Origin: an uncultured Chloroflexia bacterium
GTDB taxonomy: Bacteria; Chloroflexota; Limnocylindria; Limnocylindrales; CSP1-4
Direction of reading: 5' to 3'
Length of the DNA: 64,000 nt
Assembly: GCA_963707215.1 (NCBI GenBank)
Contig: CAVPPB010000001.1
Location: forward strand, 160,001-224,000
Below are positions 33,365-42,179 of the stretch, piece after piece; position 1 is the stretch's first letter; every line of letters starts with the position of its first letter. Position numbers and translations under genes: made by a program. Under the pieces are notes generated by a model. The model made no database searches. It saw only the letters and a list, made by a program, of their open reading frames with translations, and was not told the origin of the DNA.

Positions 33365-35227
33365 CTACTGGGTGACGAACCAGTCTTCGATGTTCCACAT
33401 GTCCGAGGCAGTGCTCGGGTTCTTGAAGAAGTTCTTGAGATCGGCAGCGACGCCGCGGGCCTCGTTGCGGTAGTAGAGCGCGACCTCGGGGGCCTGCTCC
33501 ACGTAGATCTCCTGGATCGTGTAGGCAGCCTTCAGCTGGTCCTCGGTCAGGATCGCGTCCTTGAGCGTGTTCAGCGCGGCGTCCATGTCCGGGTTGCTGT
33601 ACCGGAGGTAGTTGTAGCCGTCGCCGTTGTTCTCGTCGGTCGGGATCTGCTCCGTGTGGTAGCTGTAGTAGTAGTTGCCGAACAGGTCGAAGGAGAGGAC
33701 GTAGGCGAACTCCGCCGTGTCGTACTGGCCATGGGCCAGGTTGCACTTGGTGTCCGGGGCCACGTCCGGCCAGTTGGCGAAGTAGACCGCCGTCGAGTCG
33801 ACGAAGTTGAGCTCGAGCTGGATGCCCACTTCCTGGAGCGACGCGGCGAGGAACTCGCCGCCGGTCTGGCGGAAGCCAGCCGTCGAGGTGCAGTGGACGA
33901 AGTCCAGGTTCTCGCCGCCACCCGGCATGTTGCGGATGCCGTCGCCATCGCTGTCGGCGTAGCCGGCAGCATCAAGGCGAGCGTTCGCCGCAGCAAGATC
34001 GAACGGCAGGCACTCGAGATCCTTGTTCAGCCAGTAGTTCGTCGGGGTCGCGTTCGAGCAGGCCGGCTCCTCGGGGAGCGGCGAGCCCGGGAAGACCGTC
34101 GAGAACATGGCGTCCTTGTCGATCGCCTGGGCGATCGCAAGGCGGACCTCGGCGTCCTGGAGAGCCGGATGCCCGACACCGCGGCCGAGACCGGCCTGGT
34201 TCATGTCGAGATGCTCGTAGAGCCACGCCGGCTCGAGGATCGCCCGCCCGACGGCCGGGTCGACGACCTTGATCGCATCGTAGTCGGACTGGACGAGGTC
34301 GACGGCGACGTCGATCTCACCGGCCAGGAAGGCGGCGATCATGCCTTCCTTGTTGTCCGGGAAGAACTTGTAGGTAACGCGATCGAGGCACGGCGTCCCG
34401 TCGCAGGCCTCGGCCGGGCCGGCCCAGTTCTCGTTCCGCTCGAGCTCGATGGTGTCGGCCGAAGCGGTGACGTACTTGAAGGGACCGGAGACCGGAGCGT
34501 TGGCGATATCCGGGCTGACCGGGTACGACGTCGCGTTGGCATCCGCCACCGGGATCGTCGACATGTAGTGCTCGGGCAGGGGCGGGCTGCTGATCAGCAG
34601 GCCGAGCCAGCCGGCGTACGGCTCGACGAAGTGGACGTCGGCACTGAGACCGTCGTCCGACACCTCGAAGGAGTCGATCTTGTCCCAGCCAAGGGTCGCG
34701 ATGCCCGGCTGATCCGGCTCGAGGACCCACTCCCAGGTGTACTTCAGGTCGTTGAGGTCGAGGGTCTCGCCGTCCGACCACTTGAGCCCGGACTTGACGT
34801 TGATGGTCGCCGTGAAGCCGCCGCCGCTGGCGTCGACGACGACATCCGTGGCGGCCTTGGGCAGGGTCTCGGCAAGATCAGCCTTGTAGTGGCCATCCGC
34901 GGTGACGACGGCGAGGTTGCGCATCGTCGCGGCGAAGACCTGGCTGTTGGCGAACGCGTTGCTGTAGTACGGGTTCAGCTGGTTGGCGGCCTGCCAGTCG
35001 GAGATGATGACGCCGCCACCGGTCGTGCCCGACTCGGGCGCGTACTCGTACCCATACAGGAGCGCGTCGAAGTCGACCGGCGTCGGCTCAGGGCTCGGTT
35101 CGGTCGACGCCGGTGCCTCGGACGGGGCCGAGCTCGGTGCTTCCGACGGTGACGGCGAAGCCGCGCCCTGGCAGGCCGCGACCACGATCGCCGTGGTCGC
35201 GAGCAGGCCGAATAGTCGTTTCCGCAT
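33365..35227 (-). CDS. Peptide ABC substrate-binding lipoprotein (family 5, AppA/OppA-like, normal domain order)
   Basis: GGAGG SD, MRKR signal, lipobox VVAAC, GLKWSDG, SGPFKY, VRLAIAQAIDK, DSDGDG. Confidence 0.92.
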   Translation of the reverse strand: MRKRLFGLLATTAIVVAACQGAASPSPSEAPSSAPSEAPASTEPSPEPTPVDFDALLYGYEYAPESGTTGGGVIISDWQAANQLNPYYSNAFANSQVFAATMRNLAVVTADGHYKADLAETLPKAATDVVVDASGGGFTATINVKSGLKWSDGETLDLNDLKYTWEWVLEPDQPGIATLGWDKIDSFEVSDDGLSADVHFVEPYAGWLGLLISSPPLPEHYMSTIPVADANATSYPVSPDIANAPVSGPFKYVTASADTIELERNENWAGPAEACDGTPCLDRVTYKFFPDNKEGMIAAFLAGEIDVAVDLVQSDYDAIKVVDPAVGRAILEPAWLYEHLDMNQAGLGRGVGHPALQDAEVRLAIAQAIDKDAMFSTVFPGSPLPEEPACSNATPTNYWLNKDLECLPFDLAAANARLDAAGYADSDGDGIRNMPGGGENLDFVHCTSTAGFRQTGGEFLAASLQEVGIQLELNFVDSTAVYFANWPDVAPDTKCNLAHGQYDTAEFAYVLSFDLFGNYYYSYHTEQIPTDENNGDGYNYLRYSNPDMDAALNTLKDAILTEDQLKAAYTIQEIYVEQAPEVALYYRNEARGVAADLKNFFKNPSTASDMWNIEDWFVTQ

Positions 35228-35399
35228 CAGCGGTCCTCCCAAGCGGGGCAGTTTGGTCGCCCCCTTGACTCCCACATCGCAGTCCACGTCCCGCCGCCAC
35301 GGCGCTCCCTGGTCCCGGGCACCCGCTATCGCGGGATGTCCGCCGGCACGGACGGCAGGGGCTGATGAGCGAACGGTGAGCGGTCGCTGCGCTCGGCGT

Positions 35400-35429
35400 A
35401 CTGTGACGGACCATCACGGGGGGTGTCAA
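35400..35429 (-). promoter_or_regulatory. Putative sigma70 promoter TTGACA-N18-CACAGT for ABC operon 2
   Basis: Perfect -35 at 35429-35424; weak -10. Confidence 0.45.
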
Positions 35430-35483
35430 CCACCACCCGGTCCGCCGTTCGTCTCGTCGCTGACTCCTCCGCTGCGGCCCGCG

Positions 35484-36092
35484 TCACTTCGTCCGATCGG
35501 CCGGCGGGGGCGACGCCACCAGGCGGATGGGCGTCACGCCCCGGCCATCGGGGCCGGACCAGCCGACCTCCACGGCCGTCGGGGCCGGTGCTCCCGTGTC
35601 GTCGGCGCGGGACGTCCCGACGATGGGGCTGGTAGCTCGGATGAAACGCTGATAGTCGAGGGCGGCGACTTCCCCCTTGGCCTCGGCGACCCGGAACGCG
35701 GTCACCGCCATGGGGTCGGTCCCGGCCTCCTCGAGCCGGATGACCCGCTCGGGCCAGACCGCCGCCGGGGCCAGCAGCAGCCCGACGAGCGCCGACCCGG
35801 CCATGAGGCTCAGGACGCTCGAGCGCCAGCGCCAGCGTGGCTCCCTGGGCCGCTCCAGGCGAGCCCGCAGCCGCTGCCATGACCCAGGCGTCGGGGCCGC
35901 CCGCCGGGACTCAGCGGCGAGGCGACGGAGGCCATGGGCGGCGCTCACCGCCGCCTCGGCCTCCGATCGGCAGCGGGGACAGGCCTCGAGGTGGGCGAAG
36001 ACCGCTTCCTGCGGTTCGCCGAGGCGGTCCGGGTCGGCCAGGAGGGCCAGGTCGTCACGGTGCTCGCGGCAGCGGCCGCCGAGGAGGATCAT
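35484..36092 (-). CDS. ZAS-type membrane anti-sigma factor
   Basis: N-terminal Cys plus HLEACPRC (HxxxCxxC), one TM segment; ATGA-coupled to the sigma gene. Confidence 0.8.
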   Translation of the reverse strand: MILLGGRCREHRDDLALLADPDRLGEPQEAVFAHLEACPRCRSEAEAAVSAAHGLRRLAAESRRAAPTPGSWQRLRARLERPREPRWRWRSSVLSLMAGSALVGLLLAPAAVWPERVIRLEEAGTDPMAVTAFRVAEAKGEVAALDYQRFIRATSPIVGTSRADDTGAPAPTAVEVGWSGPDGRGVTPIRLVASPPPADRTK

Positions 36093-36712
36093 CGGGCGTC
36101 GACCTCGGCCTCGGCCTCGGCCAGGAGCACGGCGTCGGCGGGCCCGTAGGCGCCCCCGAACCGGCGGTCGTCGACCAGCCGGCCACGGAGGATCCGGAGC
36201 GCGTAGTGGAGGCGCGACTTGACCGTACCGACCCGCAGGTCGAGGACGTCGGCCGTCTCCTGGAGGGAGAGGTCGTGGAGGTAGTACAGGACGACGACGC
36301 TGCGGTGCTTCGGCGACAGCGCCACGATGCCGTCGCGGACGATCCGGCGGAGCTCCTGGCGCTCGGCCCGCTCGTCAGGTCGCGGCCCGGCGTCGTGGAC
36401 CGCACCGGCCGCTACCGAGTCGAGCGGACTGGATGGCAGGCGCCGTCGTCCGAGGCGCGAGTAGCAGAGGTTCAGGGCGACCCGGTGGAGCCACGGCAGC
36501 GGGGACATGTCCGTCCGCAGGATCGACCGCCGCTGCCACGTCCTGGCGAAGGTGTCCTGGAGGATCTCCTCGGCGGCCTGGCGGTCGCCGGTCAACCCGT
36601 AGGCGGTCCGGAAGATGGCAGCCCGATAGCGTCCGAAGAGTGCCTCGAACGCGTCGAGGTCATCCGCCTGCATCCGGCGGATCAGCTCGACGTCGGGGAC
36701 GGCCGCGTTCAC
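36089..36712 (-). CDS. ECF RNA polymerase sigma factor
   Basis: Region 2 AEEILQDTF...WLHRVALN; region 4 LSLQETADVL...GTVKSRLH. Start is uncertain. Confidence 0.92.
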   Translation of the reverse strand: MNAAVPDVELIRRMQADDLDAFEALFGRYRAAIFRTAYGLTGDRQAAEEILQDTFARTWQRRSILRTDMSPLPWLHRVALNLCYSRLGRRRLPSSPLDSVAAGAVHDAGPRPDERAERQELRRIVRDGIVALSPKHRSVVVLYYLHDLSLQETADVLDLRVGTVKSRLHYALRILRGRLVDDRRFGGAYGPADAVLLAEAEAEVDAR

Positions 36713-36764
36713 GTTGGCGTCGACGATGGGTAGGTCCTCGCTGGGGGTGCCCCCGATATCACCA

Positions 36765-36789
36765 TACGCAGGAAGCGGGGAAGAGGTTC
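36765..36789 (-). promoter_or_regulatory. ECF-type promoter GAACC-N16-CGTA (likely autoregulatory)
   Basis: AAC -35 / CGT -10 pattern directly upstream of the ECF gene. Confidence 0.6.
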
Positions 36790-36791
36790 GA

Positions 36792-36813
36792 ACGGCCCCG
36801 CCAGGCGGGCCGT
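36792..36813 (-). terminator. Hairpin after gcvPB
   Basis: ACGGCCC...GGGCCGT inverted repeat followed by a pyrimidine-rich run. Confidence 0.45.
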
Positions 36814-36854
36814 CCGGCAGGGGACCGGTGGCAGCCCGGTCGCTCCTCGGGCCA

Positions 36855-38357
36855 TCAGTCCGGGCAGGGCGTGTCCTCGCCGGCCGCCGGCCGCCAGCGC
36901 AGGTTGGGGTGCCGGGCCGCCGCCGCCTCGTCGAGCCGGCGGACCGGCGTGCTGTGCGGCGCCTCGCGGACCAGATCCGGCGTCGTCCGGGCCTCGTCGG
37001 CGATGGCGATCAGCGTGTCCGCGAAGGCATCGAGCGTCTCGAGCGTCTCCGTCTCGGTCGGCTCGATGAGCATCGCCTCCTCGACGTTGAGCGGGAAGTA
37101 GACCGTCGGCGGATGGAACCCGAAGTCGATGAGCCGCTTGGCGACGTCCAGAGTCCTGATGCCGGTGGCCCGCTTCAGCGATGCCGTCGAGGCGATGAAC
37201 TCGTGCTTGCAGTGCCGGCCGAACGGGACGTCGTACGAGCCGTCGGCCTCCAGGCGGCGCTTCAGGTAGTTGGCGGCCAGCACCGCGTCATCGGAGACCG
37301 TTCGCAGCTCACGCCCGTGGGCCCGGATGTACGCGTACGCCCGGATGAGCACGCCGGTGTTGCCGACGAAGCTCCGCATCCGCCCGATCGAGGTGGGTCG
37401 CTCGCCAGGGCGCTCGAGGCGCAGGGATCCGTCGGTCTCGCGGACGACTCGTGGCGAGGGCAGGAACGGCTCCAGGCGCTCCCCCACCCCGACCGGTCCG
37501 GCGCCCGGGCCGCCCCCGCCGTGCGGCGTGCTGAACGTCTTGTGGACGTTGAAGTGCATGACGTCGAAGCCCGCCCGCCCAGGCTTGAAGTGGCCCATGA
37601 TGGCGTTCAGGTTGGCGCCGTCCATGTAGGCGAGCGCGCCGGCCTCGTGGACGGCCTCGAGCAGCTCGCCGATCCGTGCCTCGAAGAGACCGAGGGTCGA
37701 TGGGTTCGTGATCATGATGGCGGCGGTCCGGGGGCCGAGGGTGGCCCGGAAGGCGTCGACGTCGACGGAGCCGTCGGCCAGCGAGGGGATGTTGACCGTC
37801 CGGTAGCCGGCCATCGTCGCGGTCGCCGGGTTCGTGCCATGGGCGCTGTCCGGGACCAGGACCTCGTTCCGTTCACCGTCGCCGCGCGACCGGTGGTAGG
37901 CCCGGACCATGAGGATGCCGGTCAGCTCTCCCTGGGCACCAGCCGCCGGCTGGAGGGTGACGGCCCGCATCCCGCTGATCTCGGCGAGAGCGGCCTCGAG
38001 CTCCCGGAGCAGCTCGAGGGTCCCCTGTGCCAGCACGTCCGGCGCCTCGGGATGGAGGCCGGCGAAGCCTGGCAGCCGGGCGGCCCACTCGTTGATCTTG
38101 GGGTTGTACTTCATCGTGCAGCTGCCCAACGGATAGAAGCCGGTGTCCACGGCGTGGTTCAGCTGCGAGAGGTTGACGAAGTGGCGGACGACCTCGGGTT
38201 CGGCGACCTCCGGCAGTGCAGCCGGGATCGACCGCCGGTGCTCCGACGGGATCCGGTCGAGGGCGTCCTTCGGCGGATGGGGCACCTTGCCCCCGCCGCG
38301 GCCCGGGCGCGACAGCTCGAAGACGGTCGGCTGGGTGCGTTCGCCGGTGACGCTCAA
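36855..38357 (-). CDS. gcvPB: Glycine dehydrogenase subunit 2
   Basis: YPLGSCTMKYNP, AHGTNPA, HKTFSTPHGGGGPG, GFHPPT, IEPTETE. Confidence 0.96.
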   Translation of the reverse strand: MSVTGERTQPTVFELSRPGRGGGKVPHPPKDALDRIPSEHRRSIPAALPEVAEPEVVRHFVNLSQLNHAVDTGFYPLGSCTMKYNPKINEWAARLPGFAGLHPEAPDVLAQGTLELLRELEAALAEISGMRAVTLQPAAGAQGELTGILMVRAYHRSRGDGERNEVLVPDSAHGTNPATATMAGYRTVNIPSLADGSVDVDAFRATLGPRTAAIMITNPSTLGLFEARIGELLEAVHEAGALAYMDGANLNAIMGHFKPGRAGFDVMHFNVHKTFSTPHGGGGPGAGPVGVGERLEPFLPSPRVVRETDGSLRLERPGERPTSIGRMRSFVGNTGVLIRAYAYIRAHGRELRTVSDDAVLAANYLKRRLEADGSYDVPFGRHCKHEFIASTASLKRATGIRTLDVAKRLIDFGFHPPTVYFPLNVEEAMLIEPTETETLETLDAFADTLIAIADEARTTPDLVREAPHSTPVRRLDEAAAARHPNLRWRPAAGEDTPCPD

Positions 38358-39752
38358 GGTCCAGCCACCCTGCTGGCCGAAGCGGGCGTCACCTCGAGCA
38401 CCTTCGCCATGGCCCGCGCCAAGCGCTCGATCTCCTCGTCGGTGGTCACCTCGGTGGCACAGAGGAGGAGCCCGTCGGCGAGCGAGAGATCTCCGGGCTC
38501 CAGCTCCGCGAGCGGGATCCCGGCCAGGACGCCGTGCTCCAGGAGCCGCCGGTGGACCGCCACCGCGTCGGGGACCCGAACGGCGAACTCGTTCAGGTAG
38601 GGACCGGCGTGGAAGCGCGGCACACCGATGGCGGCAAGGGCGCGCTCCAGCGCGGCGGCCCGGGCAGCCCCGTCCGCTGCGACGTCGCGGAGCCCGTGCG
38701 GACCGATGGCCGCCAGGTAGACACCCGCCGCCAGGGCGAGGAGGGCCTGGTTCGTGCAGATGTTGCTGGCCGCTCGCTCGCGCCGGATGTCCTGCTCACG
38801 AGCCCGGAGCGTCATGACGAACGCCCGCCGCCCGTCCACGTCGGTCGCCATCCCGACGAGGCGCCCGGGGATCTGGCGGACCAGCGCATCGGTCGAGGCC
38901 AGTAGGCCCAGGTACGGACCTCCGTACGAGAGTGGGATGCCGAGCGGCTGGCCCTCGCCGGCGGCGATGTCCGCGCCGTATGCCCCGGGCGGCTCCAGGA
39001 CGGCCAGCGAGACCGGCTCGACCACCGCCACGAACAGCCCGCCGCCGTCGTGGGCGAGGCCAGCGATCCGCTCCATCGGCTCGAGCAGTCCGAGGACGTT
39101 CGGCTGCGCCGCGATCACCCCGGCGACGGGCCGCTCCGGGTCCCCGAGGAGTCGCTCCAGGGCGGCCAGGTCGGTCGTCCCGGCGCTGGGCCCGTCCGCC
39201 ACGAGAGGGATCTCGTCGAGCTCGAGGTCGCCGCCCGACAGGTAGGTGGCGACGGTCTCCCGATACTCGCGATGGACCCCTCGCGAGACGAGGACCCGTG
39301 TCCGTCGAGTGGCCCGGCAGGCCATCAGGGCAGCCTCGGCCGTGGCCGCAGCTCCGTCGTAGTGCGAAGCGGAGACGACGTCCATCGCCGTGAGCTCCGC
39401 GATCAACGACTCATACTCGTAGATGCTCTGAAGCGTGCCCTGGCTCACCTCGGGCTGGTACGGCGTGTAGGCCGTGTACCACTCGCCGCGGAGGAGGATC
39501 TGGTCGACCACGGGCGGGACGTAGTGGCGGTAGGCACCTGCCCCGAGGAACGAGGCCAGGTCGACGCGGTTGCGCTCCGAGAGACGCAGGAGCCGCGAGG
39601 CCAGCACGGACTCCGGGTCGGGCGGCGGAAGGTCGAGGCCGTCCTCGCGAAGCGGCCCGGGGATGTCGTCGAAGAGCCGGTCGACCGAAATCGATCCCCA
39701 GGGCGGCAAGCATGGCCGCCCGGTCGGCCGACGTGTGCGGACCGTAGGCCAT
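38354..39752 (-). CDS. gcvPA: Glycine dehydrogenase subunit 1, with a +1 frameshift near 39689
   Basis: MAYGPHT...MLAALGID continues as SVDRLFDDIP after removing one T; FLGAGAY, AYTPYQPEVSQG, REQDIRR, SNICTNQ. Confidence 0.92.
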
Positions 39753-39759
39753 CGTCGGG

Positions 39760-40140
39760 TCAGCCCTCGGCGGTCAGCTCTTCGTAGGCCGAGGCGTCCA
39801 GGAGCTCCCCAGCCTGGTCGCCGTCCTCGAGACGGATCCGGACGATCCAGCCCTCACCGTAGGGATCGCTGTTCACCAGCTCCGGGTGGTCGGCGAGACG
39901 CTCGTTCCGCTCGATCACCTCGCCGGTCAGGGGCGCGAAGAGGTCGCTGACGGCCTTGACCGACTCGACCACCCCGAAGGTGGCGAACTGCTCGAGCGGG
40001 GTGCCGGCATCCGGAAGCTCGACGAAGACGATGTCGCCGAGCTGCTCGGCGGCGTAGTCGGTGATCCCGACCGTCGCCTCGTCGCCGTCCAGGCGGACCC
40101 ACTCGTGCTCCTTGGTGTACCGCAGGTCCGAGGGGATCAT
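39760..40140 (-). CDS. gcvH: Glycine cleavage H protein
   Basis: YTKEHEW, lipoyl-Lys VESVKA, DPYGEGW; AAGGAG SD. Confidence 0.97.
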   Translation of the reverse strand: MIPSDLRYTKEHEWVRLDGDEATVGITDYAAEQLGDIVFVELPDAGTPLEQFATFGVVESVKAVSDLFAPLTGEVIERNERLADHPELVNSDPYGEGWIVRIRLEDGDQAGELLDASAYEELTAEG

Positions 40141-40214
40141 CCGGGCGGCTCCTCCTTGGTGGCCACCGCCCGCCCGACGAGGGCGGTCGGCGGGCCGATC
40201 ATGGTCCGGGAAGG

Positions 40215-41357
40215 TCAGCGCGGCCGCCGGTAGAACGGCAGCTCGACTACCCTGGCGGCCACCCGACGGTCGCGGACCTCGACGTCGAGCATCGTACCCG
40301 GTTCGCCATCGCCCGGAGCGACGTAGGCCATGGCGATGGGCACCCCGAGCGTCGGCGAGGGAGCGCCCGAGGTGATCGTGCCGGTCCGCCGGTCGCCGGC
40401 CAGCACCGGGTAGCCGTGTCGGGCGATCCCGCGACCCTCGACCACCAGGCCGACGAGCCGCCTGGTCGGACCGTCGCGGACCACCCGGGCGAGGGCGTCG
40501 TGGCCCACGAAACCGCCTTCCTTGTCGAGTTTGACGACCCGGGCCAGGCCGGCCTCGATGGGGTTCGTGCCCCGGTCGAGCTCGTTGCCGTACAGCGGCA
40601 TGCCCGCCTCGAGACGAAGGGTGTCCCTGGCACCCAGTCCGATCGGCTGCAGGCCCCGGTCGGCTCCGACCTCGATCAGGGCGTCCCAGACCCTCCCGGT
40701 CGCGTCGCTGTCGACGAACAGCTCGAAGCCGTCCTCCCCCGTGTAGCCTGTCCGGGCGACGAGGGCCTCCGCCCCGACGACCGCTCCCTCGGCGGCCCCG
40801 TAGTAGCGGAGGCCAGCAAGGTCGACATCGGTGAGCGGGGCGAGGATCTCCGCCGAACGGGGGCCCTGGATCGCCACCAGGCCCGTGGCCAGCGAGCGAT
40901 CATCGAGCAGCGCCTTGCGCCCGACGAACCGCTCCGCGAGGACGTCCGAGACCCGGGCGGCGTTGGCCGCGTTGGCGACGACGAGGTAGCGATCCGCCTC
41001 GAGGCGATAGACGATGAGATCATCGATGACGCCGCCGTCCGCCGCGCACAGGAGCGAGTACTGGGCGCGTCCATCGCCGAGCGTCCGAGGATCGCTCACG
41101 ATCGCCGCCGCGAGCGCGTCACCCGCTTCGGCGCCAAGGACCCAGAGTTCGCCCATGTGGCTCAGGTCGAACAGGCCGGCGGCCGAGCGGACCACCCTGT
41201 GCTCCTCGACGATCCCGCGGTACTGGACCGGCATCCGCCAACCGGCGAACTCGATGAGTCGTCCGCCAAGCCGCAGGTGGCGATCGCTCAGTGGGGTGTC
41301 GTGGACCTCGGGGCCGGGAAGCCCACCACCGGTGCCGGAGGATCCGTGCTCGCTCAC
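40215..41357 (-). CDS. gcvT: Glycine cleavage aminomethyltransferase
   Basis: FAGWRMPVQY, FDLSHMG, RTGYTGEDGFE, GLGARDTLRLEAG. Confidence 0.96.
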   Translation of the reverse strand: MSEHGSSGTGGGLPGPEVHDTPLSDRHLRLGGRLIEFAGWRMPVQYRGIVEEHRVVRSAAGLFDLSHMGELWVLGAEAGDALAAAIVSDPRTLGDGRAQYSLLCAADGGVIDDLIVYRLEADRYLVVANAANAARVSDVLAERFVGRKALLDDRSLATGLVAIQGPRSAEILAPLTDVDLAGLRYYGAAEGAVVGAEALVARTGYTGEDGFELFVDSDATGRVWDALIEVGADRGLQPIGLGARDTLRLEAGMPLYGNELDRGTNPIEAGLARVVKLDKEGGFVGHDALARVVRDGPTRRLVGLVVEGRGIARHGYPVLAGDRRTGTITSGAPSPTLGVPIAMAYVAPGDGEPGTMLDVEVRDRRVAARVVELPFYRRPR

Positions 41358-41839
41358 GCCGGCGAACCGTCGGCGCTGAGAGCCAGTCGGGCTGCGTCCG
41401 TGACCAGGGAGATCGCCTCCAATGCCCGGGTCACGAGCGCCCGCTCGGTCGCGAAGGTCAACAGGCTCGGGGCCTCCTCGATGTCCACCCAGCGGACCTC
41501 CTCGAATTCCTGGTCATGCAGCCCCAGGTCGCCGCCCAGGGGCTGCATCAGGAAATAGTGGACGGTCTTGTCGATCCGGAGCCCTGCCTTGACGAACGAG
41601 TACTCGATCGACCCGAGCGGCCCGATGATGTCGACCTGGAGGCCGGTCTCCTCGGTGACCTCACGGCGAGCCGTCTCCTCGATCGTCTCACCCGGGTCGG
41701 GGGTGCCCTTGGGGAGGGTCCACGTGAGTCCTCCGCGCACGCGTCGCCGGCAGCCCAGCACGATCTGGGGTCGGGTGCCCTGGTAGCGGACGACGATCCC
41801 CCCGGCCGACGTGGCGGTGGCGGACCTCAGCCGGGCCAC
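41354..41839 (-). CDS. NUDIX hydrolase
   Basis: SAGGIV, LPKG, Nudix box GTPDPGETIEETARREVTEETGL; start inferred at GTG 41839. Confidence 0.88.
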   Translation of the reverse strand: MARLRSATATSAGGIVVRYQGTRPQIVLGCRRRVRGGLTWTLPKGTPDPGETIEETARREVTEETGLQVDIIGPLGSIEYSFVKAGLRIDKTVHYFLMQPLGGDLGLHDQEFEEVRWVDIEEAPSLLTFATERALVTRALEAISLVTDAARLALSADGSPA

Positions 41840-42144
41840 GACGCCGGGGCCGCACCGGCCCGTCGCTCGGCGCCGTGCCGCGTGGATCGGGCCCAGTGCA
41901 TGGTCACCGACGGTCGGGGCGCACCACGGCGCGGCGTCGCTGGGCCCGGGGTCCCCGCCCGCCAGTGGGATCGGCCGACGGCGGGCACCGCTCGGTCGGG
42001 ACGGCGAAGCACCGTTGCGCGGGATGCGGCCGGCTCGAAGCTCGACCGACCGGCCAGCCCAAGACGGCGCGTCCGTCCGGCAGCCTGCGGGCGGGCGAAG
42101 CGAACGAAGGGGCGACCGGTCATCCCGGCGATGATGCTGCGCAC
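41827..42144 (-). CDS. Possible small Arg-rich hypothetical protein
   Basis: Fills the gap exactly; GTG 7 nt after a -10; stop overlaps the NUDIX start. No recognisable domain. Confidence 0.3.
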   Translation of the reverse strand: MRSIIAGMTGRPFVRFARPQAAGRTRRLGLAGRSSFEPAASRATVLRRPDRAVPAVGRSHWRAGTPGPATPRRGAPRPSVTMHWARSTRHGAERRAGAAPASWPG

Positions 42145-42151
42145 GGCATGC

Positions 42152-42179
42152 ATCGTACCGCCTCAGCCGGTCGATGCAA
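42152..42179 (-). promoter_or_regulatory. sigma70-like promoter TTGCAT-N16-TACGAT
   Basis: Both hexamers near consensus; overlaps the 3' end of the DUF2520 gene. Confidence 0.55.

Noticed and set aside
36709-36765. uORF or N-terminal extension upstream of the ECF sigma gene
   Set aside because: Its start overlaps the predicted -10 so would not be transcribed from that promoter; it could also reflect an indel in the G5 run. Unresolvable here.
40196-40225. GGTCCGGGAAGGTCAGC resembling the SRP RNA loop
   Set aside because: Lacks the CAGG/GGAA/AGCA symmetric loop and long stem, and overlaps the gcvT stop.
41358-42150. Glycine riboswitch upstream of gcvT
   Set aside because: No GGAGA...CCGAAG...CUCUCAGG elements, and gcvT is directly coupled to the NUDIX gene.
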